A DNA stretch of 64,000 nt, from positions 2,368,001-2,432,000 of the forward strand of contig CBDFJQ010000002.1 in NCBI GenBank assembly GCA_965248575.1, in the 5' to 3' direction. A program made the translations under genes and the position numbers. Under the pieces are notes generated by a model, which saw only the letters and a list, made by a program, of their open reading frames with translations, was not told the origin of the DNA and did not search any database. This document shows, piece by piece, positions 39,163 to 49,700 of this stretch (its first letter is position 1; every line of letters starts with the position of its first letter). This stretch comes from Planctomycetota bacterium (GTDB lineage: Bacteria; Planctomycetota; B15-G4).

Positions 39163-42100
39163 TCAGTCAGGCAGACCCACATGAATGAACGGCGCCCACA
39201 GGTAAGGGTGCCCGGTGGTGGCGTCCGTCGGGTGCAGCGGGTTTCCAAGAGATCCGCCGCGCTCGACGGTGTCGCCTTCTTCAATAGGCGCGGGGCGTGT
39301 CAGCGAGCCACCACGAACCGTGGAGCCCGCAACCCGCAGGCGGCCTCGCCGCAACGCCAGCTTGGCGAGGCGCAACGCCCGCGCCGTGGCCACGCCCTCG
39401 GCCATCTGGTCGTAGAGCCCGGCCATCATGCGCGCCGTCTCGATGTCGTTCACGGTCCAGAGGCTCGCCACCACAGCCCGCGAGCCTGCATAGAGAAAGG
39501 CTCGAGTGAGGGATTGGACTCCCTCGCCGCGCTGCTCCACCCCACGCGCCGAGTTACAGGCAGACAGGACGGTCAAACGCGCGTCGAGCAGCAAGCTGAG
39601 CACGTCGCCCACAGGCAGCTCGTGCCCGCCACTCGGATCGGCAGCCAGCACGAGCGCTGTCCGGCGCACGTCGTTGCGGTCCACCCGACCATGAGCTGCC
39701 AGGTGGATCACATCGAAGCGGCGCAGGTCTCCGGAGAGCCGCCCAGCGTGAGCCTCGCTGCCCACATGCAACTCAACCCCCGCCCCTCGCTTGGAGAAGC
39801 TGCGTTCCCCTTCGAACAGGGCCTCCCAATCCGTCGTGGAATCCAGGGTCCCCAGAATGGCGCGGGCCTCGGAACGGGTTCCCAACAAGCGTTGGACAGC
39901 TTGCCCGGACACATCGGTCGCGCCGCCGTAATCGGGGTCAGCCAGCAGCAGGACCTCGCCGCTCTTCGCCTCACCCCCTACACGCCCCGAACGGGAAGCC
40001 AACTCCACCAAGATGGCTGAGGAGGGCCCGTAGACCACCTCGTAATCGTCGAGGACAAAACGCAGCTCTTCGAAGGACTTCGGTGCAAGCGTTGGGCGTT
40101 CCATGACCAGGGCCTCGAAAGGCAAGCTGGTCAGCGCGCCCACTGGAACAATGATCAGCCGGCGGACGGAGAGCTCGGGACCGCTGGCCGCATCCCGCCC
40201 ATCGAGCTCCGCGGCCTGCAGCGCCGGTTCGAGCAAGGACTCGTAGAGGGGTTGGCCGAGCGTCGCAATCCGGTCGGCCCCGCCGGAGAGCGTAGGATCC
40301 GAGATGGCTTCGATGAAGCTGCTGATCCCTGCTTCCAAAGTGCTTCGATCCCCGAGTTCGAGGAAGCGGGCCCCCGCCTTGCTCACAACGTAGGCATAGA
40401 TCGCCTTGTCACCCTGGACGAACTCCACCAGCAAGTCCGTCGGCTTCAAGACCACCGACGCGACCTCGTCGGGATCCGAGCCCACCGGGATCTCCAAGGC
40501 AGCGTCCCGGGGAGCTTCCATCCGCCACTGTTGCTCCAGCTGCTTCACGCGCTTCCCTAGCTCCCCGACCCGCTGGCGTAAATCGCGGATCTGCTCCGGG
40601 TTTTCGAAGGAACCGAAGCTGTCGGAAAGGGCCTCCAACACCGCCTCCCGATCAGCGCGTGCCTCATTCAAGCGCAGGCGCAGGGCCTCGCTCTCGGCCG
40701 TGCGCAAACCCAAGCGCAGCTGAACGATGCCCTCCAGGAGCTGCCGCCCCTTCCAACGGCCGGCGTCCAGGAAACCCAAGCGCAGGATCTCCGCCCGCTC
40801 CCCCGGCTCAGATGCGGACTCCAGGCGGAGCGCCGTCAGCTCCTGGGTGGACTCCGCAAGCCAGCCGGAGGTCTGCCGCTGGACCGCCGTCCGCTCACCG
40901 ATGCCACCACCCCAGTCGACCAGCGTGCTCGCCTCGCCCAGCGCTCGTTCGGCCTGAGCCAACTTGCCCAAGCCCAGGGATGCGTCGGCGACCAGGCCCA
41001 GTGCGAGGATCAACAGCCGTTCATCACCAACGTGCCGGCTGGCCGCCACCGCGCGCTCGCCCAGCGCATGAGCCCGTGTGTACTCGCCTGCGAGCAACTC
41101 CACGTAGCCGGCGTTGTGAAGCCCGGTAGGCAGCATGGTGACGTCATCAGCAATCAGCGCGAGCGCCTGCTGCGCATCCTTCCGGGCCTCGTCGAAGCGC
41201 CCGGCCTCGGCCAGCAAGAAGCCGCGATTGGAGAGGGCGCGCAGCTCGTTGCCCACGTCCTCCTGCTCGTGGAAGATGGCGATGGACTGCCCGACGTTGT
41301 CCGTCGCTCGTTCCATGTCGCCCACCTTGCCCATCAGCAGTCCCTGCTCGAGCAGGGCAGCCGCGCGATACTCGGGTGACGAATCCCCGGCCAGGATCGC
41401 GTCGAGTAGCTCGAGGGCAACGGCCACGTCCTTGAGGCGCACCGCGATCACGGCCAGCTGCAGCTGGATGTTCTGTTGAGCTCGAGTCAGGCCCGCAGCC
41501 AGGGCATCGTTGAGGGCAGCCCGGAACTCCGTGCGTGCTTCCACGGGCCGCCCGCTCTTGAAGAGGATTTCGGCCAGCACGGACCGCGCGCGCACGAGGA
41601 CATCCTTTGACACATCCATCAACAGGACGGCGCGACAGGCGTCCATCGCTTCAGACTGTTTGCCCGCCGCCTCCTGCAGAGACGCCAAGTCCAACAGGAC
41701 ACCCGCTTCGCCCGAGACATCGGCGCCCAGCCGCCACAGCTCCACGCTCTGCTCGAGATGCTCCCTTCCGCGGGCGATCTGGCCCGCCGCCCGCTCCAGC
41801 AGGCCCAGCCTCCGATGCGCGCTGGCCGCGTTCAGCTGGTGCCCTTGGTCCGTGGAGAATTGCAGGAGCTCGTGCAACAGCTCCCGACCTTCGGCAGACC
41901 GACCGACGCTCGCATAGGCCGAACCCAGGTAGCCTCGCGCGAAGCTCTCCAGCTCAGGGTTGCCCGCAACGACCGGCAGCAGCGGTTCGAGCAGCTCCAC
42001 GGCTGCCTGCCCATGCCCGAGGCGATAGTTGGCCCCGCCGAGCAAGAGCCTGCCCAGGACGCCACTGCCCTGATCCCCCAGCTCATCCGCCAGGGGGATG

Positions 42101-42687
42101 ACGATCTCGAGCAAGCGCTTCGCTCGGCCGCTGCGCTGCAACTCGAATTCGACGTTCGCTGCCGCCAGGAACCACTGCAAAGACGTGCTGCGTTTCTGCG
42201 GGTCTCCGTCGGCAGTGCTGCGGGACTGGTGCCCATAGGCCGCATAGAGCTCAGCCTCTGCACGCCTCGCGGTGCGGCCCGTGGGCAAGGGGACCTCGCC
42301 GTGCTGGATGTCGAGTCGATACGTGCCGCCCAAGGCGTTCTCGGATTGGACGCGCACGTCGAAGCGCTCCCCGGCCTCCACCTGCACGACTCGTCGGGCG
42401 TTGAACATGAGCCCCGAGTCCGTGTCCCCCAACACGGCGCTGCCGTCTGCATCCAGGATGTCGAAGCTTGGATTGAAGTCGAAACTCTCCAGGCTGAGCG
42501 TCACCAAGCCCGCATGCACGGCCCGCACGCGATGGACGCGTGATGCTCCCAGCGCTAACTCGGCATCCAACAGGACGGGCAAGGGCAGGACTTCCTGCTC
42601 CTGGTCAAGGTCCTGAGTCGCGCCGAGCAGCGCGGGAGCCCCCAGCGTCCAACACATCAGCACGGCAACTGCGAAGCGACTCAGCAT
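39163..42687 (-). CDS. Exported TPR-CHAT (caspase/HetF-like) protease with N-terminal PPC-like domain
   Basis: Signal peptide; LESFDFNP...DTDSG...GGTYRL PPC-like domain; TPR array; CHAT LIIVPVGAL..LPFEAL, IHLAAHG (His), VLSACNS (Cys), VVASLWTV, HPYLWAPF. Confidence 0.9.
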   Translation of the reverse strand: MLSRFAVAVLMCWTLGAPALLGATQDLDQEQEVLPLPVLLDAELALGASRVHRVRAVHAGLVTLSLESFDFNPSFDILDADGSAVLGDTDSGLMFNARRVVQVEAGERFDVRVQSENALGGTYRLDIQHGEVPLPTGRTARRAEAELYAAYGHQSRSTADGDPQKRSTSLQWFLAAANVEFELQRSGRAKRLLEIVIPLADELGDQGSGVLGRLLLGGANYRLGHGQAAVELLEPLLPVVAGNPELESFARGYLGSAYASVGRSAEGRELLHELLQFSTDQGHQLNAASAHRRLGLLERAAGQIARGREHLEQSVELWRLGADVSGEAGVLLDLASLQEAAGKQSEAMDACRAVLLMDVSKDVLVRARSVLAEILFKSGRPVEARTEFRAALNDALAAGLTRAQQNIQLQLAVIAVRLKDVAVALELLDAILAGDSSPEYRAAALLEQGLLMGKVGDMERATDNVGQSIAIFHEQEDVGNELRALSNRGFLLAEAGRFDEARKDAQQALALIADDVTMLPTGLHNAGYVELLAGEYTRAHALGERAVAASRHVGDERLLILALGLVADASLGLGKLAQAERALGEASTLVDWGGGIGERTAVQRQTSGWLAESTQELTALRLESASEPGERAEILRLGFLDAGRWKGRQLLEGIVQLRLGLRTAESEALRLRLNEARADREAVLEALSDSFGSFENPEQIRDLRQRVGELGKRVKQLEQQWRMEAPRDAALEIPVGSDPDEVASVVLKPTDLLVEFVQGDKAIYAYVVSKAGARFLELGDRSTLEAGISSFIEAISDPTLSGGADRIATLGQPLYESLLEPALQAAELDGRDAASGPELSVRRLIIVPVGALTSLPFEALVMERPTLAPKSFEELRFVLDDYEVVYGPSSAILVELASRSGRVGGEAKSGEVLLLADPDYGGATDVSGQAVQRLLGTRSEARAILGTLDSTTDWEALFEGERSFSKRGAGVELHVGSEAHAGRLSGDLRRFDVIHLAAHGRVDRNDVRRTALVLAADPSGGHELPVGDVLSLLLDARLTVLSACNSARGVEQRGEGVQSLTRAFLYAGSRAVVASLWTVNDIETARMMAGLYDQMAEGVATARALRLAKLALRRGRLRVAGSTVRGGSLTRPAPIEEGDTVERGGSLGNPLHPTDATTGHPYLWAPFIHVGLPD

Positions 42688-42769
42688 GCAGGGGATCTTA
42701 CTGCTTCACCCCTCTTCAGCCTTGTTCATCCCCAGGCGGACAGACCGGTCCCACTAGGGGAATGCCGGC

Positions 42770-45265
42770 TCAGCGGGCGAGGCGACGCAACTTCGTGATG
42801 CGCCCGTGACGGTTCCAGTCCATCACATAGAGGTTCCCCGCTGCGTCCCAGACGGCCGAGTGCGGGGCGAGGAATTCGCCGTTCTTCCAGTCGCCCCGCG
42901 GGACTCCGTTGTTCGCCCGGCGCCCGACGTCCGGGTTGTCACCCAACTGGGTCACCAGCTCGTTCTTCCCGTTGAGAATCGTCACGCGCCCTGCCAAGTC
43001 CGGAATCACCAGGAACTCCCCCTGCTGTTGGATCTTGCAAGGCCGGCGCAACATGCCCTCGATGAGGCCGAGCCACTGACCCTCCAGGCCGAATCGCTGC
43101 AGGCGGCTGTTCTCGCGGTCGGCCACGATCAACTCGGGTACCGAAGCCCGGGTGTCCACCCACACGCCGTGCGGGGTGCGGAAGCTCCCAGGGTCCGTGC
43201 CATGCCCACCAAGGGAGCGAACCCAGCGACGCTCGGCGTCGTACTGGTGCACCCAATTCTGCCCGTACCCATCGGCCACGAAGAACCCGCCATCCGGCGC
43301 CACGGCAATGCTGGTCGGCCGGAACTGATCCGCGCTCTCGTACTTGCCGGACTCCATCGGCGGGCCCATGCGCCAGAGGATCTCCCCTGCCAACGTCGCC
43401 TTCACGAACTCATGCCGCCCGAAATGGACGAAGTAGAGGAACTCCTCCCCCTGCTCCTCCACCAGCTGCATGCCGTGCAGCCCCTCGGCAAACTCCTCGC
43501 CCCAAGAACGAACGAAACTCCCGGAGCTGTCGAACTCCATGATGGCGTCCGTCGTGTCGGTGTTGAGGTGCAGGTGCCCTCGCCGATCCACCACGATCTC
43601 GCCGTGGGTGTTGCCGAGTTCGTCTCGCCCGTCCGGCAGCTCCAGCCAATCGGGTACCCATTCGTAGCTGTGGGCACCCATTCCCAGCCGGGGCCCCGCG
43701 AGGGTCAGCGGATAAGCCGACGGGTCCTCCGCGAAGGTGTCGGGGCAGCTACCGCAACAGAAGCCAACCACCGCCCCCTCGTGCTCCGCCGTGAACCTGG
43801 GATCGACCTCGCGGCCGGTCACGGGGCATTGTGAATTCACGGGCGGCGCCGGCGTCTGGAGTTTCAGCTCCGGCTCGATCTCCAGCGCCTCCGCGAAAAG
43901 GTCACTCCCATCCTCGACGACACAAGCCGGGTGAAACTCACGCAGCCGCGCCACCTGCTCGGCGCTCAGCCCCGTGCCCCACACCGACAGGCGCATCAGC
44001 GCTGGAAACTTGCTGAGGGCGTGCACGGCCTGCTCATCCAAGGACGTGCCCGTGAGGTTCAAACTGCCCAGGTGTGCGCTGTGCTCGAGACTCCGCAAAC
44101 CCTGGGATGTCACGGCGGTGCCGGAGAGATCGAGGTCTTGCAGGGAGGGCAAGGACGCGATCGAGACGAGAGCTGCGTCGCTCACCTGCGTCCGCGCCAA
44201 GCAGAGGGAATCCACCCACGGCCCGAGCGTCGCCACCAACTCCGCCACGGCGGCATCGTCCGTCTCAGATCGGGGGGCGAAGTCCACCCGCAACAGACCC
44301 CGCTCGGGGTCCGAGACTTCGACGTGCACCTGTTGCGCCCGCAGGCTCGCGATGTGCTCCAGGAGTTCCAAGTTCTCGGACACATCGGACTGGTTCACCG
44401 GCTCCGCTCGAGCCTCCGATGCTGTTGCCTCACCCGACGTCCGTGCACCATCAAGCGCTGCCGCATGCTCCGGCATCGCTGCCAAAGCGCTCTCAGGCCC
44501 GGAGGGGAGCCCCGCTACGACCCAGCGCGCGATGGCCTCCAGCTGCTCGACCGTCGGCTGGGGTTTGGACGCCGGCGGCATGTGGTCGTCATGCTCCAAG
44601 GGCAAGCGCAGGCGTTGGAGGAGCGGACTGTTCTGGGCGTCCAGGAGGTCCAGCACCGGGCCGCTGTCCCCGCCCCGCCGAATACCCTCCGCTGCATGCA
44701 GGGTCAGACCGCCACGCTGGCGCCCCTCGCCGTGGCACTTGCCGCAATACTGGATCAGCAGTGGCTGTGCGCTGGGGATCTCCTGCTGAGCCCCCGACAG
44801 GGATGGGGACACGGCAGGGCTTGCTTCGGCCCGGAGCGGTTCGAGCAGGAAGCCTTCTCCGTGGGTCAACGAACCGCCGTGATGCCCGGTGGACAACAAC
44901 AGGATGAATGCCACCACGAGCGCGCCCACGTACAGCTTTCGCAGGGAGCGCCAGGCCGCGAACGCCATGACCAGCGTCACACCCGCGGTCCACAGACCCA
45001 ATTGGCGATGGTCGTCCACCAACTCCCCGCTGTAGTCGCCCTCTTCACCCAGGAACCAGCCACTGGAGGCGGCCATCCCACAGGCCAAGAGCGCCAGACC
45101 GGCGAGCACCTTGCGCGTGGAAGCCTCGAGCGGGCGGCCCAACATTTTCGCGATGATCTCGAGCACAGCGAGGGCCAGGAGCAAGCCAAAGGGTAGGTGC
45201 AGCAGCACGGGGTGCGCGCGGCCAAAGATCTGGAGGAGCACAGGCCACGACTCGCCAGTACTCAA
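42770..45265 (-). CDS. Fusion protein: DUF2231-like membrane domain + planctomycete cytochrome c + LRR + YHS-like + NHL beta-propeller
   Basis: HPVLLHLP...GHHGGSLTHG; CGKCH...HMPP; LxxLDLSGTxV repeats; CPVTG...GFCCGSC; FFVADGYG, FRTPHG, VADRENSRLQ. TTG start overlaps the upstream stop. Confidence 0.82.
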   Translation of the reverse strand: MSTGESWPVLLQIFGRAHPVLLHLPFGLLLALAVLEIIAKMLGRPLEASTRKVLAGLALLACGMAASSGWFLGEEGDYSGELVDDHRQLGLWTAGVTLVMAFAAWRSLRKLYVGALVVAFILLLSTGHHGGSLTHGEGFLLEPLRAEASPAVSPSLSGAQQEIPSAQPLLIQYCGKCHGEGRQRGGLTLHAAEGIRRGGDSGPVLDLLDAQNSPLLQRLRLPLEHDDHMPPASKPQPTVEQLEAIARWVVAGLPSGPESALAAMPEHAAALDGARTSGEATASEARAEPVNQSDVSENLELLEHIASLRAQQVHVEVSDPERGLLRVDFAPRSETDDAAVAELVATLGPWVDSLCLARTQVSDAALVSIASLPSLQDLDLSGTAVTSQGLRSLEHSAHLGSLNLTGTSLDEQAVHALSKFPALMRLSVWGTGLSAEQVARLREFHPACVVEDGSDLFAEALEIEPELKLQTPAPPVNSQCPVTGREVDPRFTAEHEGAVVGFCCGSCPDTFAEDPSAYPLTLAGPRLGMGAHSYEWVPDWLELPDGRDELGNTHGEIVVDRRGHLHLNTDTTDAIMEFDSSGSFVRSWGEEFAEGLHGMQLVEEQGEEFLYFVHFGRHEFVKATLAGEILWRMGPPMESGKYESADQFRPTSIAVAPDGGFFVADGYGQNWVHQYDAERRWVRSLGGHGTDPGSFRTPHGVWVDTRASVPELIVADRENSRLQRFGLEGQWLGLIEGMLRRPCKIQQQGEFLVIPDLAGRVTILNGKNELVTQLGDNPDVGRRANNGVPRGDWKNGEFLAPHSAVWDAAGNLYVMDWNRHGRITKLRRLAR

Positions 45266-46722
45266 TCGATCAACTCCCGGCGCACGTTGCCGAATACATC
45301 GGTCAAGCGATGGTCCCGACCTTCATGGCGATAGCTGAGGCGCTCGTGATCGAAGCCGAGCAGGTGCAGCATGGTGGCGTGCAGATCGTGCACATCCACG
45401 GGATCCTTGGTGATGTTGTAGGAGTAGTCGTCCGTTTCCCCGTACACGATGCCCGGCTTCACGCCACCCCCCGCCATCCACAAGCTGAAGCAACGCGGGT
45501 GATGGTCGCGGCCGTAGTTCTCCTCGGTCAAGGCGCCCTGGCTGTACACCGTGCGACCAAACTCCCCGCCCCAGATCACCAAGGTATCGTCCAAGAGGCC
45601 ACGGCGTTTGAGGTCCGCCAGCAGCGCTGCTTGGGGTTGGTCCACCGCTGCGCACTGGTCGCGGATCTCCTTCGGCAGGTTGTTGTGTGCGTCCCATCCG
45701 CGCATGTAGAGCTGGATGAAGCGGACGCCACGCTCAGCAAGTCGCCTGGCCAGCAGGCAGTTGGCTGCGAAGCTCCCGGGCACGTGCACCTGGTCTCCGT
45801 AAAGCTCCAGGGTCTCCGTCGACTCGTCGGAGAAGTCCACCAGCTCCGGCACGGACATCTGCATGCGATAGGCCATCTCGGCCTGGGCGATGCGCGCACG
45901 GACCTCCACGTCGAGGCTGCGGTTCATCTCCCGCTCGTTCATTTCGCCGACGAGGTCCAGCATGCGCCTGCGGTCCTTGCGGCTGACGCCTGGCGGATCC
46001 TCCAGGTACAGCACGGGATCCCCAGAACTGCGCAGCCGACACCCTTGGTGCTCGCCCGGCAGGAAGCCACTGCCCCAGAAGCGGGATGACAGGGCCTGCA
46101 TGTTTCCAAAACCCTGGCTGATGAGCACCACGAAGGCAGGCAGGTTCTCGTTGCTGCTGCCCAGCCCGTAACTGGCCCAGCTCCCAAAGGACGGGCGCCC
46201 CGGTTGTTGGTGGCCCGTCTGGAAGAAGGTGATGCCCGGTTCGTGGTTGATGGCCTCGGTGTGCATCGAGCGAACGATGCAGAGCTCGCGGCTGAGTCCC
46301 GCCGTGTGCGGCAGCAGCTCGCTGATCCAGGCCCCGTCCTGGGCGTTGGGATAGCGGCTGAAGCGGAACACCGAGGGCGCGACTGGAAACCGGCTCTGGT
46401 CACTCGTCATGCCGGTCAAGCGCTGCCCGCCGCGAATGGAATCCGGTAGCTCCTGGTCGAAACGAGCGCGCAACTGGGGCTTGTAGTCGAACAGATCGAT
46501 CTGACTCGGCGCCCCTTCCATGTGCATGTAGATCACCCGGCGGGCGCGGGGCCTGTGATGCACACGCGCTGGCCCACCGGACCCGGGCGGCACGAACAGG
46601 TTCGAGCCCCCGAACAAGGTCGAGAGAGCCACGCCCCCCAACGCACCACCGAGACCGCGCGCCGCCTGCTCAAAGAAGCGTCGGCGGGTCAGGTCGAGAC
46701 AACGTTCTTCTCGAGGGTCCAT
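45262..46722 (-). CDS. DUF1501 family protein (sulfatase-fold-like) with Tat signal
   Basis: TRRRFF; VIYMHMEGAPSQIDLFDYKP, CLLARRLAERGVRF, GWDAH, WGGEFGRT, GRDHHP. Confidence 0.9.
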   Translation of the reverse strand: MDPREERCLDLTRRRFFEQAARGLGGALGGVALSTLFGGSNLFVPPGSGGPARVHHRPRARRVIYMHMEGAPSQIDLFDYKPQLRARFDQELPDSIRGGQRLTGMTSDQSRFPVAPSVFRFSRYPNAQDGAWISELLPHTAGLSRELCIVRSMHTEAINHEPGITFFQTGHQQPGRPSFGSWASYGLGSSNENLPAFVVLISQGFGNMQALSSRFWGSGFLPGEHQGCRLRSSGDPVLYLEDPPGVSRKDRRRMLDLVGEMNEREMNRSLDVEVRARIAQAEMAYRMQMSVPELVDFSDESTETLELYGDQVHVPGSFAANCLLARRLAERGVRFIQLYMRGWDAHNNLPKEIRDQCAAVDQPQAALLADLKRRGLLDDTLVIWGGEFGRTVYSQGALTEENYGRDHHPRCFSLWMAGGGVKPGIVYGETDDYSYNITKDPVDVHDLHATMLHLLGFDHERLSYRHEGRDHRLTDVFGNVRRELID

Positions 46723-46727
46723 GGAGC

Positions 46728-49700
46728 TCAGTCCTGGGTCAGGGTCTCGTGAAGGTTCAGCACGGCGTTGGACAGGAGCGTCCAAGCCGCCAACTCCGAA
46801 GCCACATGCTCGGAGGACCGGGGCGCCTCACCCACGTTCAGCAGGGACTCGGCGGCGGCAACGTCCAGGCCGAAGCGTTGGCGGTAGCTCCCCAGCCCTT
46901 CCAGCAGGAGCGCTTGCTCGCCTGCGTCCGGCCGGCGCCCGGTGCACGTGCGCATCAGCCAAACCACTCGATCCGCATCGGCGCTGGCGTCCGAATCGAG
47001 CACCCGTTCGGCGAGCTTGCGCGCTGCCTCGACGAATTGCTCATCGTTCCAGAGCACCAGGGCCTGCAGGGGCGTGTTGGTGGCGCGACGCTGCACGACG
47101 CATGATTCCCGGGTGGGCGCATCCAAGGTCAGCAGGGACGGCGGCGGCACCGCGCGCTTCCAATAGGTGTAGAGGCTGCGGCGCCAGAGAGCCTCTCCCT
47201 CATCACGGGCGAACTCCCGCGTGTTGGAGGCCAGCATGGCCACCTCCTTCCAAAGACCCTCCGGCTGGTAGGGCTTGACCGAGGGGCCGCCCAGGCGTTC
47301 CACGAGCAGGCCCGAGGTCCACAAGGCCACGTCGCGAATCTGCTCCGCGGACAGCCGCCTGCGGGGGTAGCGGGCCAGCAAGCGGTTGGCGGGGTCGCGA
47401 GCGGCCAGGTCTTCGCGCACCATCGACGCCTGGCGGTAGGTCGCGCTCAGGACGATGCGTCGCAGCAGCGCCCGCACGTCCCAGCCGGAGTCCCGGAACT
47501 CGACGGACAACTGGTCCAGCAACTCCGGGTGCGAGGGCCATGCGCCTTGCATGCCGAAGTCATCCCCGGTACGCACCAGGCCCTCACCAAACATCAACGC
47601 CCAGAAGCGGTTGACCGCGACCCGCGCAAACAGCGGATGCTCGGGCGAGACGAGCCACTCCGCCAGGCCGCGCCGATCCGCGGGGGCGCCGTCGGGCAAA
47701 GGCGGAAGGAAGGAGGGCGTCCCGCGGGACACGGGGCGTGACATGTCCGGTTGATCGTATTGGCCACGCATGAGCACATAGGTCTCGCGCGCCTCACCCA
47801 GCTCGGACATGACCATGGTCCGGGGCACCTCATCTTGCAGCCCGTCGTGATCAGCCTGGGCCGCGCTGCGCGCATCATCCAACTCGCGGTAGCTGTCAAA
47901 GCGTTGACGACGCCACGCCGCCCGGAACTGTCCGACCTGCTCGGCCGTGACCGCGGTCTCGGGCAAGAGGGCAGAACCCAACTCACCCACCAGCTCGTTC
48001 TCCTGCCACAAGCTTTGCCAGGCGAAGGCACCCGGACCGCCGGTGTTCACCACCTTCAGGACAAGCATGTTCCGCCCCGGGTGGAGCGACAAGGTCAATC
48101 GGTCCTGATCCAGGGCCGCACCGCGGTCGACACGATTCTCGAAGACCTGTTCCCCGTCGTGGAACACCTGCAGGCCGTCGTCACTACCCAGCGCCACCTC
48201 GAGAGTACGGGCATCGGGCGCCCACAATTCGCGCCCAACAAAGGTCGCTCCCACCGCGTCCCCGAGCATTGAGACGCTGCCATCCGCCAGGGCGCCATCG
48301 AACGTCCAAGCCCGTTGCGCGTCGCCAAAGCGTGCGTCGATGTCCAGGCTCGTGCTTTGCTCTGGCCCGTACGCTGCTTCATAGGCCACCTCCCGCACAT
48401 CCCCCGCGTCCACCTCGAAGGGCCCGGCGCGCCACCAACGTCCGCTGGCGGGGCCAAATGACCCCGTGTCCGAGACGGGCGAGACCCGCAAGCGGATGCG
48501 ACCCAGCGAGTGAGCGGTGTACGGCGACCTGAACGCCAGGCGCACCCGCAACTCGCATCCGCCCTGCTCACCGAAGGGCTCTTCACTCAACAACAAGAGC
48601 GTGCGCGGTCCGGCGTTCTGGTTGCCGTCCACTGCCCAACCCAGGTCATCCCGCCCGTCGAGAACATGGGTGGCCTCGTGGTCGTAGTTGGTCTGCGTGT
48701 GATCGGACCAGGCCCAGATCAGGGGCACCTCTTGCCAGGCGTCGCCCGCTGTTGAGCGCGTCTCGAGGCTCAACCGAGTGAGGACGGCGTTGCCGTGGCT
48801 TGCCCTACCTGCACCCGCCTGGCCTGGGACTGAGAGTGCTTCCAGAAGCAGGGCCCGAAGGCCTGCCTGCTTCGTCGCCAGCAGCACCTCGTAGTCTTCC
48901 TGCAGGGGGATCGGTCCCTCCGCCAGCAACGCACCGTCCTCCTGCAACCGGAGCGTGACCGAATCGTCTGAGGACTCGGCCTTCAAGACCTTCGGGATCG
49001 TCCAGGACAGGCCCGCGTCGAGCGCCACCTCTCTCAGGAAACTCGCCTGCTCCACCGCTTCCCCAGGGATGGGTTCTTCCAGCTGCTGGCTGAGCCTCTC
49101 GATGGCTTCGCTCAGCTCATCCAAGTGCTCACGCTGTTCGTCGGTCGGCACCGAAAGAAAGGGCTCATAGGCGCGCTGTGCATCGGGCGTCTGTGAGAAC
49201 AAGCCCGGCTCGTCGTTGCTGTTGAAGTACGCCAGCAGCGAGTAGTAGTCCTCCTGGGTGATCGGGTCGAACTTGTGGTCGTGGCAGCGCGCACACCCGG
49301 ACGTCAGCCCGAGGAAGACGGAACTCACGGTGTTCACGCGATCGACGGCGTACTCCACGAGATACTCGTCGGGAATGGCACCGCCCTCGTCAGTGAGCAC
49401 ATGATTGCGGTTGAAACCACTCGCCACCCGCTGCTGGTCGGTCGCATCCGGCAACAGGTCGCCGGCCAACTGTTCGGTGACGAACTGGTCGTAGGGCATG
49501 TTGTCGCGGAAGGCGTTCAACACCCAATCGCGCCACAACCACATCTGACGTCCGTTGTCGGTGTGGATTCCGATCGTGTCGGCAAAGCGAGCGGCGTCCA
49601 ACCAGGGCACCGTCAAATGTTCCGCCACCCGGGACCGCCAGGGCTCTTCATGGAGCAGGCGATCCACCAAGGCGACATACGCTTGCTCGGAGACGCCCTC

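Noticed and set aside
39163..42687. TPR-CHAT as part of a type III-E CRISPR (Craspase) or gasdermin defence system
   Set aside because: No cas genes, array or recognisable gasdermin in the window, and the protease has a signal peptide.
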